The notes: generated by a model from the letters alone, not told the origin. A stretch of DNA of 64,000 bases from Longimicrobiales bacterium (GCA_036381255.1 DASVDG010000131.1:1670-65669), one strand, 5' to 3'. Positions 29,601-39,700 are shown, counted from the first letter of the stretch. Program-made: numbers and translations.

Positions 29601-30770
29601 ATGTCCGTGGTTTCGCCCGAGATGGCGCACGCGCCGTTGACCGCACTTTCGGAGGACGAGGGCATGTTCCGCGACGCCGTCCGGCAGTTCGCGGAAGAGG
29701 TGGTCGCACCGCGGGTGCACGCGATGGACGATGCCGGCGCGATCGATCCCGACCTGCCGCCGCAGCTCTTCGAACTGGGCCTCATGGGCGTCGAGGTCCC
29801 CGAACGGTGGGGCGGCGCCGGGCTGTCGTTCTTCACCTCCGTCCTCGTCGTCGAGGAGCTCTCGAGGATCGACCCCAGCGTCGGCGTCCTCGTGGACGTG
29901 CAGAACACCCTCGTCAACAACTGCCTGCTGCGCTGGGGCACGGACGAGCAGAAGGCCCGCTACTTCCCGCGCCTGACGTCGGACACGATCGGGGCGTACG
30001 CACTCTCCGAGGCCGGCTCCGGCTCCGATGCCTTCGCCCTCGCGACCCGCGCCCGCCCCGACGGCGACGACTGGCGCCTCGAGGGCCGCAAGCTCTGGAT
30101 CACGAACGGCGGCGAGGCGGGATTCTTCATCATCTTCGCGAACGCGAACCCGGAGGCCGGCTACCGCGGGATCACGGCGTTCCTCGTCGAGCGGGATTTC
30201 CCGGGCTTCAGCATCGGGAAGAAGGAGGACAAGCTCGGCATCCGCGCGTCATCCACGGTCGAGCTGATCCTGGACGACGTGCGCGTTCCCGCGGAGAACG
30301 TGCTGGGCGCGGTCGGCAACGGCTACAAGATCGCGATCGAGACGCTGAACGAGGGCCGCATCGGCATCGGCGCCCAGATGGTCGGCCTCGCCCAGGGCGC
30401 GCTCGACCACACGCTGCGCTACGTGAGCGAGCGCGAGCAGTTCGGCAAGGCGATCGCCGAGTTCCAGGGCGTGCAGTTCCAGCTCGCGCAGCTGCGGACG
30501 GAGATCGAGGCAGCGCGCCTGCTCGTCTACAACGCCGCGCGACTCAAGGATGCCGGCGAGCCGTTCCTCGCGGAGGCGGCCATGGCGAAGCTCTTCTCCT
30601 CGCAGGTCGCGCAGCGCGTCGCCAGCCAGGCGATCGACCTGTTCGGCGGCTACGGGTTCACGCGCGAGTATCCGGTCGAGAAGCTGTACCGCGACTCGAA
30701 GATCGGCACGATCTACGAGGGCACGACGAACATGCAGCTCCAGACGATCGCGAAGCACATGCTGCGGTAG
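29601..30770 (+). CDS. Acyl-CoA dehydrogenase (short/branched-chain type)
   Basis: 389 aa with canonical ACAD motifs (GAYALSEAGSGSD, ITNGGEAGFF, YEGTTNMQLQTIAK). GGAG Shine-Dalgarno. Confidence 0.9.
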   Translation: MSVVSPEMAHAPLTALSEDEGMFRDAVRQFAEEVVAPRVHAMDDAGAIDPDLPPQLFELGLMGVEVPERWGGAGLSFFTSVLVVEELSRIDPSVGVLVDVQNTLVNNCLLRWGTDEQKARYFPRLTSDTIGAYALSEAGSGSDAFALATRARPDGDDWRLEGRKLWITNGGEAGFFIIFANANPEAGYRGITAFLVERDFPGFSIGKKEDKLGIRASSTVELILDDVRVPAENVLGAVGNGYKIAIETLNEGRIGIGAQMVGLAQGALDHTLRYVSEREQFGKAIAEFQGVQFQLAQLRTEIEAARLLVYNAARLKDAGEPFLAEAAMAKLFSSQVAQRVASQAIDLFGGYGFTREYPVEKLYRDSKIGTIYEGTTNMQLQTIAKHMLR

Positions 30771-30781
30771 CGCGGCGGCGG

Positions 30782-30809
30782 GGGCGGGGCGCGCCGTTCC
30801 GCCCCGCCC
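30782..30809. terminator. Hairpin between convergent genes
   Basis: 10-bp stem GGGCGGGGCG / CGCCCCGCCC with an 8-nt loop, 12 nt after the ACAD stop. Confidence 0.4.
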
Positions 30810-30863
30810 GTTGCGCGTTCGGAACCGGCCCGGGATCCGCGGCGCCGCGTCGACCGGGCGCGA

Positions 30864-32312
30864 TCAACCGGGTACGACCGGTCGGCCCTCGGCCCGCCAC
30901 GCGGCGATCCCGCCGGCGAGATTGATCACGTTGTCGAAGCCGTGAGCCTGGAGCACGCTCGCGGCGATCGAGCTGCGCGCGCCCGACTGGCAGTGGACGA
31001 TCAGCGGCCGGTCCCTCGGCACGGCGTCGAGCCGGTCGGGGAGGTAGCCGAGCGGGACGTGGTAGAGCCGGCCACCCGCGGCCGCGGGCGTCTCCGGCAG
31101 GTGGCCCGCCTCCCATTCGGCCTGGCCGCGCACGTCCAGGATCGCCACGTCGCCGTCGCGCCGGGCGAGCTCTTCGGCCGTGATCTGCGGCACCGTCTCC
31201 AGCTCGCGTCCGGCGCCCCAGGCGTCGACGGCGTCGAGTCCGAAATAGCCGCCGATCCGGTCGAGGCCGATCATCGCCAGGTCCCTCACCGCCTCGTCCA
31301 CGCGGCGCGCGTCCCGGTCGTCGACGATCAGGTGGAAGTCCCGGTCGTACGGCACCAGCCAGCCGGCCCAGGTGGTGAACGAACGGCCGAGCGGGATGTT
31401 GATCGTGCCCGGGACGTGCCCGGCCGCGAATTCCGCCGCGGCCCGCGTGTCGATCACGAGCGCATCCGCGCGGAGCCGCTCCTCCAGCCGGTCCGCGGGG
31501 AGCCGGTCCGGGCGGCGGAGCGCGCCCAGCAGCGCGGGCCCCTCCCGGTTGATCCGCTTCATCTGCGCGAAGTACTTCGGCGGCTCCGGCTGGCCCGTCA
31601 GCACGGCCCGCACGAACTCGTCCTCGTCCTCGATCCGGAACGCCCAGTTGTAGAGCCGCTCGTAACCCACCGTGCTGTGCGGGATCGCACTCAGCCCCTT
31701 GCCGCACGCGCTCCCCGCGCCGTGCCCCGGCCAGATCTGGAGCCAGTCCGGCTGCGTCTTGAACGTCCGGAGGCTGCGGAACAGGCGCCGCGCGCCGAGC
31801 TCCATCGTGCCCGTCGCGCCGGCCGCCCGCTCCAGCAGGTCGGGTCGCCCCACGTCTCCGACGAAGACGAAGTCGCCCGTCAACGCCGCGATCGGCCGGT
31901 CGGCCGACGCGCCATCCGTGACCAGGAACGTCATGTGCTCCGGCGTGTGGCCCGGCGTGTGGAGCGCCCGCAGCCGGATGTTGCCGACCCGGAACTCGTC
32001 GCCGTCGCGGAGGAGCAGCGTCGGGCGCTCGCCCGCGAACGCGTACTTCCAATCCTCGCCGCCTTCGTCCGAGAGGACCATGGTGGCGCCCGTCCGGGCC
32101 GCGAGCTCTCGCACCCCCGAGACGAAGTCGGCGTGAATGTGCGTCTCCGTCACGTACGTGATGCGGAGCCCCTCGCGCTCCGCCGCCTCCAGGTACCGGT
32201 CGATGTCCCGGGTCGGGTCGACCACCACCGCCTCGCCCGTCGCCGCACAACCGAGAAGGTAGCTGGCCTGGGCGAGCTTTCCATCGTAGAAACGCTCGAC
32301 GATCATGGGCAT
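30864..32312 (-). CDS. Persulfide dioxygenase (MBL/ETHE1-like) fused to two rhodanese domains
   Basis: The N-terminus carries the metallo-beta-lactamase motif ETHIHADFVSG. The C-terminal rhodanese has the active-site loop HCQSGARS. The start is at MPMIVERFYDG (32312 or 32306). Confidence 0.85.
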   Translation of the reverse strand: MPMIVERFYDGKLAQASYLLGCAATGEAVVVDPTRDIDRYLEAAEREGLRITYVTETHIHADFVSGVRELAARTGATMVLSDEGGEDWKYAFAGERPTLLLRDGDEFRVGNIRLRALHTPGHTPEHMTFLVTDGASADRPIAALTGDFVFVGDVGRPDLLERAAGATGTMELGARRLFRSLRTFKTQPDWLQIWPGHGAGSACGKGLSAIPHSTVGYERLYNWAFRIEDEDEFVRAVLTGQPEPPKYFAQMKRINREGPALLGALRRPDRLPADRLEERLRADALVIDTRAAAEFAAGHVPGTINIPLGRSFTTWAGWLVPYDRDFHLIVDDRDARRVDEAVRDLAMIGLDRIGGYFGLDAVDAWGAGRELETVPQITAEELARRDGDVAILDVRGQAEWEAGHLPETPAAAGGRLYHVPLGYLPDRLDAVPRDRPLIVHCQSGARSSIAASVLQAHGFDNVINLAGGIAAWRAEGRPVVPG

Positions 32313-32420
32313 CACTGCCTTTCCGAAGGTCGCCCTTCGTCCTTTGCTTCCGATCCATGTCCTGCGACCGCCCCCGGCCACCGCGCCGCCCCGCGCGGAG
32401 CGAACGGGCGACGGTGCTCA

Positions 32421-32464
32421 GAAAAGACATCGTTCCTCTCCACGCGCCGCCGCGCGGAGAGAAC
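32421..32464 (-). terminator. Terminator-like hairpin inside the 5' leader of the dioxygenase-rhodanese gene (possible attenuator)
   Basis: On the minus strand the stem GTTCTCTCCGCGCG / CGCGTGGAGAGGAAC has one bulge and one G-U pair. It is followed by GAUGUCUUUUC, so the U-tract is offset by about 6 nt, which is weaker than a classic terminator. Confidence 0.3.
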
Positions 32465-32611
32465 AGGCCGTTGTCCCGGTAGGGAATAGAACCCTCCGTG
32501 CCGCCGAGGAAAAGGGCGAGTGCGCGAGCGCGGCGTCCGGGCGTCGGCGTGGGGCGCCGGGCGCGGCCCGGACCGTGCAACGGTGAGCCGGGGTATCGAG
32601 ACGCGGGGAAA

Positions 32612-32655
32612 TTGCATCGGCCCGACCGCCGTCGTAGATTGGCGAACACTGTTCG
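32612..32655 (+). promoter_or_regulatory. Promoter plus palindromic operator upstream of the long acyl-CoA dehydrogenase
   Basis: TTGCAT (32612-32617), 17-nt spacer, TAGATT (32635-32640). A perfect 6-1-6 palindrome CGAACA-C-TGTTCG (32643-32655) follows, covering the predicted +1. Confidence 0.5.
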
Positions 32656-32718
32656 GCGGTTCGGCGAAACGGCGCGCGGCCGGGGATGGCCGCAGCCATT
32701 GCTGCGTCAGGGGGTGCC

Positions 32719-34617
32719 ATGAACGCGACGGTGCAGGTCAGTGAGCGGGAAGCCCGGGCGGTGGCCGAGGCGGCCCGCGAGAAGGATTGGACCAAGCCCA
32801 GTTTCGTGCGGGAGCTGTTCCTGGGCCGGATGCGGCTGGACCTGCTCTACCCGGCGCCGGAGCCGGATGCGGGAGCGGAGCGGCGGACGGACGAGTTCCT
32901 GGAGCGGGCCGAGGCGTTTCTGCGGGCGAACGTGGATGCGCTGAAGATCGAGCGGGAGGGCCGGATCCCGGACGCGGTGATCGAAGGGTTGAAGGAGCTC
33001 GGCGCGTTCGGGATGAAGATCCCGGAGGAGTACGGCGGGCTGGGGCTGTCGCAGCGGGGGTACAACCGGGCGATCTCGGTGATCGGCTCGTATTCGACGC
33101 CGCTGGGCGTGCTGCTCTCGGCGCACCAGTCGATCGGCGTGCCGCAGCCGCTGAAGATGTTCGGCACGGACGAGCAGAAGCGGAAGTACCTGCCGCGTCT
33201 GGCGAAGGGGGCGATTTCGGCGTTCGCGCTGACGGAGCCGGATGTGGGGAGCGACCCGGCGCGGATGAGCGCGGTGGCGGTGCCGACGGAGGATGGCGCC
33301 GCGTACGTGCTGAACGGCGAGAAGTTGTGGTGCACGAACGGCCCGATTGCGGACGTGATGGTGGTGATGGCGCGTACGCCGGCGAAGGACGGGAAGGGCC
33401 GGGGCGGGATCACGGCGTTCATCGTGGAGAGCGACTGGGAGGGGGTGGAGGTCGTGCATCGCTGCTCCTTCATGGGGCTGCGCGGGATCGAGAACGGGGT
33501 CATCCGCTTCACGGACGTGCGGGTGCCGAGGGAGAACGTGCTCTGGGGCGAGGGGAAGGGGTTGAAGCTGGCGCTGATCACGTTGAACACGGGGCGGCTG
33601 ACGATCCCGGCGACGTGTGCGGCGAGTGGCAAGTGGTGCCTGAAGGTCGCGCGGGAGTGGAGCAGCGAGCGGAAGCAGTGGGGCGCGCCGGTCGGGCGGC
33701 ACGACGCGGTGGCGCAGATGATCGGCGAGATGGCGGCGCAGACGTTCGCGATGGAGGCGATCGCGGATCTGTCGGCGCGGCTCGCGGACTCGGGCGAGTA
33801 CGACATCCGGCTGGAGGCGGCGATCGCGAAGATGTTCAACTCGGAGGCGGCGTGGCGCATCGTGGACGACACGATGCAGATCCGGGGCGGCCGGGGCTAC
33901 GAGACGGCGGAGTCGCTGGCGGCGCGGGGCGAGGAAGCGGTCGCCGTGGAGAAGATGATGCGCGACCTGCGCATCAACCTGATCTTCGAGGGATCGAGCG
34001 AGATCATGCGGCTGTTCATCGCGCGCGAGGCGGTGGATCCGCACCTCCAGCACGCCGGTGCGGTGCTCGATCCGGACGCGCCGCTCGGCGCGAAGGCGAA
34101 GGACGCCGCGGGCCTCGGCATGCACATGGCGGGCTGGGTCGCCGGGAACCTGGTCGGCTGGGGGCACTGGCCGCGCTACGGCGAGTTCGGCCGCCTGGCC
34201 CGGCACCTCCGGTACGGCGACCGGGCGGCGCGCAAGCTCGCGCGTACGCTGGCGTTCCAGATGGCGCGCCTGGGCCCGAAGCTGGAGAAGCGACAGTCGA
34301 TCCTGTTCCGGCTGGTCGACATCGGCGCGGAGATCTTCGCGATCGCGGCCGTGTGCATCCGGGCGCAGGAGCTGCACCGCGCGAACCCGGGCGACGACGG
34401 CCCGCTGGTGATGGCCGACCTGTTCTGCCGGGGCGCGCGTCGTCGCATCGCGGAGCATTTCCGTGCGGTGGCGAGGAACGACGACGTGTTCCGCTACCGC
34501 GTCGCGCAGGAGGTGCTGGCCGGCGAGCACGCGTGGCTGGAGTCGGGCGTGGTCGACGGCGCGGGTGTCGCGCCGAGCGGCGCACCGCCGGCGGAGGTGC
34601 TGGAAGTGTCCGCGTAA
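32719..34617 (+). CDS. Large acyl-CoA dehydrogenase family protein (~630 aa, with C-terminal helical extension)
   Basis: ACAD N-terminal, middle and C-terminal domains are recognisable (FALTEPDVGSDPA, WCTNGPIADVMVV, FEGSSEIMRLFIAREA), plus about 180 extra C-terminal aa. ATG 32686 is an alternative start. Confidence 0.85.
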   Translation: MNATVQVSEREARAVAEAAREKDWTKPSFVRELFLGRMRLDLLYPAPEPDAGAERRTDEFLERAEAFLRANVDALKIEREGRIPDAVIEGLKELGAFGMKIPEEYGGLGLSQRGYNRAISVIGSYSTPLGVLLSAHQSIGVPQPLKMFGTDEQKRKYLPRLAKGAISAFALTEPDVGSDPARMSAVAVPTEDGAAYVLNGEKLWCTNGPIADVMVVMARTPAKDGKGRGGITAFIVESDWEGVEVVHRCSFMGLRGIENGVIRFTDVRVPRENVLWGEGKGLKLALITLNTGRLTIPATCAASGKWCLKVAREWSSERKQWGAPVGRHDAVAQMIGEMAAQTFAMEAIADLSARLADSGEYDIRLEAAIAKMFNSEAAWRIVDDTMQIRGGRGYETAESLAARGEEAVAVEKMMRDLRINLIFEGSSEIMRLFIAREAVDPHLQHAGAVLDPDAPLGAKAKDAAGLGMHMAGWVAGNLVGWGHWPRYGEFGRLARHLRYGDRAARKLARTLAFQMARLGPKLEKRQSILFRLVDIGAEIFAIAAVCIRAQELHRANPGDDGPLVMADLFCRGARRRIAEHFRAVARNDDVFRYRVAQEVLAGEHAWLESGVVDGAGVAPSGAPPAEVLEVSA

Positions 34618-34633
34618 TCGCGCGATACGATCC

Positions 34634-34662
34634 TTGCGATTGCGGAAGGCGGGCCCTAAACT
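34634..34662 (+). promoter_or_regulatory. Promoter of the AraC-TPR-protease-barrel operon
   Basis: TTGCGA (34634-34639), 17-nt spacer, TAAACT (34657-34662). Confidence 0.5.
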
Positions 34663-34703
34663 AGCAATCAGGCGCACGGTGTGCCCCTGGCCGGAGCCAC
34701 GCC

Positions 34704-35495
34704 ATGGCCCTGATCGCCGCACTCCTGCCCGACCACGCCGATCGTGGATGCCTGGCCGCGGCGGCACCGCCGCACGGAGTCGCCTGGGCCGGGAGCTGGC
34801 GTGACCTGTACCAGGTCGTGCGGACGAAGCCGGTCGCGGCGGCGGTCGCGGATCTACACGCGGAATCGAGAAAAGACGGGGTGTTGCGGGTGCTGCGCTT
34901 TGCACAGCGGTTCCCGCTCACCCCGATTCTCGTGTGGGGCGAGCTGGACGGGCGGGAGCTGTATCGTCTGGGGAAGGCGGGTGCGGCGGACGTGATCCTG
35001 GCGCGGGACGCGGATGACCGGCGGTTCCTGGCCGAGGTGCTGGACGCGACGCTGGACCGTGGGCTCGCGCCGCTCATCGACGAGCGGCTGCGGGGGCGCG
35101 TGTCGGAGGTGGCGCGGTCGTTGGTGCACGAGGCGGCGTCACGGATCCCGGACCAGATCCAGGTCCCGGACCTGGCGCTCGTGAGGGGCGTGTCGGTCTC
35201 GACGCTGGAGCGGCGCTGCGAGCGCTGGGGGCTGCCGACGCCGGGCCGGCTGCTGCTCTGGCTCCGGGTGCTGTACGGGTTGCGGTGGCTGCAGGAGCCG
35301 GGGCGGAGCGTGGAGTCGGTCGCGTCGCAGCTGGGATATTCGTCGGGCGCGGCGTTCCGTCGGGCGATCAAGGCGACGGTCGGCGGGCGCCCCTCGCCGT
35401 TGCGCAACCGGGGCGGCATCGAACGTGCGCTGGACCGGTTCATCGCCGAGTGTCCCGGCGATGGCGCCTTCCGGCGGGTCTCCTCCCTCGGGTGA
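34704..35495 (+). CDS. AraC-family transcriptional regulator with receiver-like N-terminal domain
   Basis: C-terminal HTH_18/AraC motif (VESVASQLGYSSGAAFRRAIKATVGGRPSPLR). The N-terminal ~120 aa have an alternating beta/alpha pattern like a REC domain (AAVADLH...DGVLRVL...TPILVWG), but no clear N-terminal acidic pair. Confidence 0.7.
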   Translation: MALIAALLPDHADRGCLAAAAPPHGVAWAGSWRDLYQVVRTKPVAAAVADLHAESRKDGVLRVLRFAQRFPLTPILVWGELDGRELYRLGKAGAADVILARDADDRRFLAEVLDATLDRGLAPLIDERLRGRVSEVARSLVHEAASRIPDQIQVPDLALVRGVSVSTLERRCERWGLPTPGRLLLWLRVLYGLRWLQEPGRSVESVASQLGYSSGAAFRRAIKATVGGRPSPLRNRGGIERALDRFIAECPGDGAFRRVSSLG

Positions 35496-35500
35496 TCGAG

Positions 35501-36673
35501 ATGGCCCGATACGACCGCATCGCACCGCTCCCCGCGCCGACGCGCGACCGGGCGTTCCCGGCGTGGCTGGTCCTGCGCGACCTGGAAGGGCGGGACCGGG
35601 ACGTGGAGCTCGCGCGCCGCGTGCGGCTGCGGTTCCTGGCGCTGCGGCCGGTGCGTCGTCTGATCCGTCCGGGTGTGGACGCGGTGACGGCGGAGTCGTT
35701 CGACCGCCAGATCGAGGGGGTACGGGAGGAGCTGGGCCATCTGGGCGCCCGGGATCCCGAGCGAGTGCGGCTCGCGCGGTTCCTCCACCAGATCCGGAAG
35801 CGGACGCCGCTGGCGGTGACGACGGCGGCGCTGGACATGGGCGAAGTGATCGAAGCGGCGGGGCACCCGTACGGTGCCGAGGAGTTCTATCGCACGGCGC
35901 TGGAGCTGGCCGACGCGCACGACCTGACGCCGGAGCGGGTGGTCGCGGGCCGTCTACTCGGGCGCGTGTACCGCAAGCGGGCGAAGTGGGACGAGGCGGT
36001 GCGGGCGTACCGCGCGGCATCGGAGCTGGCGCTCGGGCTCGAGGGTACGGAGCAATGGGGCCGTTCGATGGACGGGCTGGCGGCGGCGTACCGGGAGCAG
36101 GGCCGGACGGACGATGCGCGCCGGGTGTACCGCGAGATGCTCACCCGCGGCCGCGAGCGGGATGACGAGCCGCTGACGTCGATGGCGCTGATCGGGTTGT
36201 GCCTCACGGAGGTCGAGGCCGGCGACTACGAGCGGGCGGTCGAGCACGGCTGGGCGGCGTTCGCCCACGCGCGCGATGGCGAGGGTCGCAGTGCAGTGCT
36301 GAGGGGGCTCGGCCTGGCCTTCGCGGGGGTGGGGCTGTACCGTGCGGCGGAGCGCTGTCACCAGATCGTCGCGGAGCGCGCTGCCGACGCGGAGACGCGG
36401 GTGCAGGCGTTGCTGGATCTGGCGCGGGTCGCGGCGCACGCGGGCCGGCCGGACGTCGCCCGGGAGCGGTTGCGCGAGGCGGTCGGCGCGGCGGACCGCG
36501 ACGCGTCGGGCGCGCTGCTGGGCCAGGCGGACGAGCTCCTCGCGGAGCTGGAGCGTGGAGCGGCGGGCGAGGCGGTGGCGGGGCCGGCGGTGCGGGCGAC
36601 GGGCGAGAGCACGCGCAGGATCGCGGCCGAGATCGAGGCGCTGGGCACGGCGCTCGTCCCGGCGTCGGGCTGA
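35501..36673 (+). CDS. TPR-like helical repeat protein
   Basis: 390 aa from MARYDRIAPLP. Repeated A/Y/R-rich helix pairs are visible (EEFYRTALELADAH, WDEAVRAYRAASELA, DDARRVYREMLTRG, YERAVEHGWAAFAHA). Starts 5 nt after the AraC stop. Confidence 0.65.
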   Translation: MARYDRIAPLPAPTRDRAFPAWLVLRDLEGRDRDVELARRVRLRFLALRPVRRLIRPGVDAVTAESFDRQIEGVREELGHLGARDPERVRLARFLHQIRKRTPLAVTTAALDMGEVIEAAGHPYGAEEFYRTALELADAHDLTPERVVAGRLLGRVYRKRAKWDEAVRAYRAASELALGLEGTEQWGRSMDGLAAAYREQGRTDDARRVYREMLTRGRERDDEPLTSMALIGLCLTEVEAGDYERAVEHGWAAFAHARDGEGRSAVLRGLGLAFAGVGLYRAAERCHQIVAERAADAETRVQALLDLARVAAHAGRPDVARERLREAVGAADRDASGALLGQADELLAELERGAAGEAVAGPAVRATGESTRRIAAEIEALGTALVPASG

Positions 36674-36725
36674 CGCCGCGGATGATCCTTCCACGAAACC
36701 CTTCCGCAGGATCCCCGGGGCATCC

Positions 36726-39700
36726 TTGAAGGCGGCGGCACTTTTCTGCCTGGGCTTCCTGGTCCTCGTGCCGGGTGTGGCGGGCGCGCGCCAGCGGCCG
36801 TACGTCGACCCGGCGCTGCGGCGCCTGATGCGGGCCGGCGCGCCCGAAGCGGCCGAGCGCGCGCTCGCGCGGGCGCAGGCCGAGCGGGGCCGACCGCCGG
36901 CGCGCGATCCCGGGCGGCCCGGCCCGGAGGACCGGTTCGCGGCGCTCGCGCTCGACCGTGGCGCTCCGGGCGGCGGTCCGCGGATCGGCGTGCTGGTCCG
37001 GCTGCGGGAGCCGGTCGCGGCGGGGCTCGCGGCGCTCCGGCGGACGGGCGCGCGCGTCGGCACGGTCGTCGGCGACCTCGCGACGGCGCGTGTCCCGATC
37101 GATGCGCTGCCCCGGCTGGTGAGCGCCGTCGAGCTCGAGCGGGTGGGCCCCGCCCGGCGCCTGTCGCTGCTGAACGACTCGACGATGAAGGTGATCCGCG
37201 CGACGGCGGTGCGCCGGCGGGATGGCGATGTCTGGTACGGCTCGGCGGGGCACGGCGTCGTCGTCGGGATCTTCGACACGGGCGTCGACTACGCGCACGA
37301 GGATTTCCGGGACGCCCGGGGCCACAGCCGCATCCTCGGCGTGTGGGACATGGGCGTGGGCGGCACGCCGCCGGCCGGGTTCGGCTACGGGCACGTCTGC
37401 GACCGGGCGTCGCTGACCGACGGGAGCTGCCCGACGCGGGACCGCGACGGCCACGGCACCCACGTTCTGGGCACGGCGGCGGGCGACGGCTCGGCGGCGG
37501 GCACCGGGACCGCCTACCGCTACGCCGGCGTCGCGCCGGCGGCGGAGTTGCTGGTGGTCCGGGGCCTCGCGTACACCGAGGACGAGATCATCGATGGCGT
37601 GCGTTGGATCTTCGAGACCGCCGAGGCGCTCGGCCGGCCCGCCGTGGTGAACCTTTCGCTCGGGCGCCAGGGCGGCCCGCGGGACGGGACGTCCTCGATC
37701 GCGCAGATGCTGGACGGTCTCTCGGGTCCGGGCCGCATCATCGTGGTGGCTGCGGGGAACGACGGCGCGAACGGCAACGCCGAGGGGGCGCCGCCGGGGC
37801 GGCTGTTCCACGCGCAGGCCGCGCCGGCCGTCGGGGTATCGGCGGATTTCCAGCTCCGCGTGCCGTCGAGGACGCCCGTCACCGGGGCGTGCAACGATTT
37901 CGGCGAGATCGAGCTGTGGTACGACGGCCTCGACCGGGTCGACGTCTCGGTGATCCGCCCCGACGGCCGGACGGTGCGAGCGGCGTTCGGCGCGCTCGTC
38001 GCCGCGCCGGACGCGGACGGCCTGGTCTTGATCGACAACGCGTCCGGCGGGGCCGACCCCGCGAACGGCGACCATCTCGCGCTGATCGAGATCAGCGACT
38101 GCCCGGTGGACGGCGCGTCGAGCGGCGCGCCGGAGCCCGGGACGTGGACGATCCGCGCCGTGCCGACGTCGCCCGCGTCGGGCCGGCCGCTGCACCTCTG
38201 GATCTCGCAATCGAGCTACGGCGGCGGCGGTCGCTACAGCGGCGTGAGCGAGAACTTCGACAACGCGTACACGATCACGGTGCCGGGCACGGCGCGCGAG
38301 GTCGTGACGGTCGGCGCGTTCGTGACCCGGCTCGACTGGGCGTCGCTCGGTGGAACGGAAGGGTACGGGCAGCGCGAAGCGATCGGCGACATCGCGTACT
38401 TCTCCGGCGCCGGCCCGACGCGGGACGGCCGGCTGAAGCCGGAGCTCGCGGCGCCCGGCCGCGCGGTCATCTCGGCGCTCTCGGAGGACGCGTTCCGCCC
38501 GCCGGACAGCCAGATCGCGACCGATGGCGTGCACTGGGTGCTCCAGGGCACGAGCATGGCCGCGCCGCACGTGACCGGCGCGGTCGCGGCGCTGCTCCAG
38601 CACGACCCGACGCTGGGTCCGGCGGAGGTGAAGTCGATCCTCGCGTCGACCGCGCGCCAGGACGCGTTCACCTCCCGCTCGTACACCGGCGAGCCGCCGG
38701 GCACGCCGAACCACCAGTGGGGGCACGGCAAGCTCGACGTGCGCGCGGCGGTCGAGGCGCTCGTGGACCCGGCCGCGGTCGCGGGCGTCCTCGTCCTCCC
38801 GGCCGCGGATTCCGTGACGCCCGGCCGCACGATCACCCTCGCCGCGCAGCCGTACGGCGCGTTCGGCGACGCCGCGGACGCGCCGGTCGCCTGGAGCACG
38901 AGCGACGCGTCCGTCGCGACCGTCGCCGCCGACGGCACGGTCACGGGGGTGGCGCTCGGCACGGCGACGATCACGGCGACGGCGGGCGGCGCCACCGGGA
39001 CGGCGACGATCGTAGTCGTCCCGCCGGTCGCGACGGTCGCGATCTCGCCCGCGTCGGCGACGCTGGTCGCGGGCGAGGACACGGTGCTCGTGGCGACGCC
39101 GCGGGACTCCGCCGGCCGCGCGCTCCAGGGCCGCGAGGTGGCCTGGATGAGCACGGACACGACCGTTGCGACGGTGGATGCGGCCGGGCGCGTCGCCAGC
39201 CGCGCCGTCGGGACGGCGGCCGTCGTTGCGACGGTGGAGGAGCGGAGCGACACGGCGCACCTCGAGGTCGTCGCGCCGTCGACGTTGATCGTGGCGGCCG
39301 AGCCGGTCGCGGCGGCGCCCACGTCGACGCGGAAGGGCGACCGCATCGCGCTGCTGCGGCTGCGGCTGCGCGTCGAGGGTCCGGAGGCGGTGCGCATCCG
39401 GCAGATCGGCTTCACGGTGACGGGCGAGGATCCGCTGGCGCGGGCGCAGCTCGTGGACGACCGCGACGCCGACGCGGCGCTCGACGACGGCGAGCCGGTC
39501 GTCACCGGCATGAAGCTCGCGCTGGTCCGCGGCGAGGAGACGCCGCTCGATTTCCGGCCCGGCTCGATGGTCGTCGACGTGGGCGACACGGCGTCCGTGC
39601 TGCTCGCGCTCGAGCTGAGCGGCCACGCGCCGAACGGGACGACGTTCCAGGCGCGCTACGAGCCGGAGCGGCTGAGCACGGTCGGCGTTCGCTCGGGGCA

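Noticed and set aside
32643-32655. A reading of the CGAACACTGTTCG palindrome as a LexA (Cheo-type) SOS box.
   Set aside because: The Cheo box is GAAC-N4-GTTC, whereas here the spacing is N3. The downstream gene is an acyl-CoA dehydrogenase rather than a DNA-repair gene, and ssb and polA in this window lack the motif. I retained it only as a generic repressor operator.
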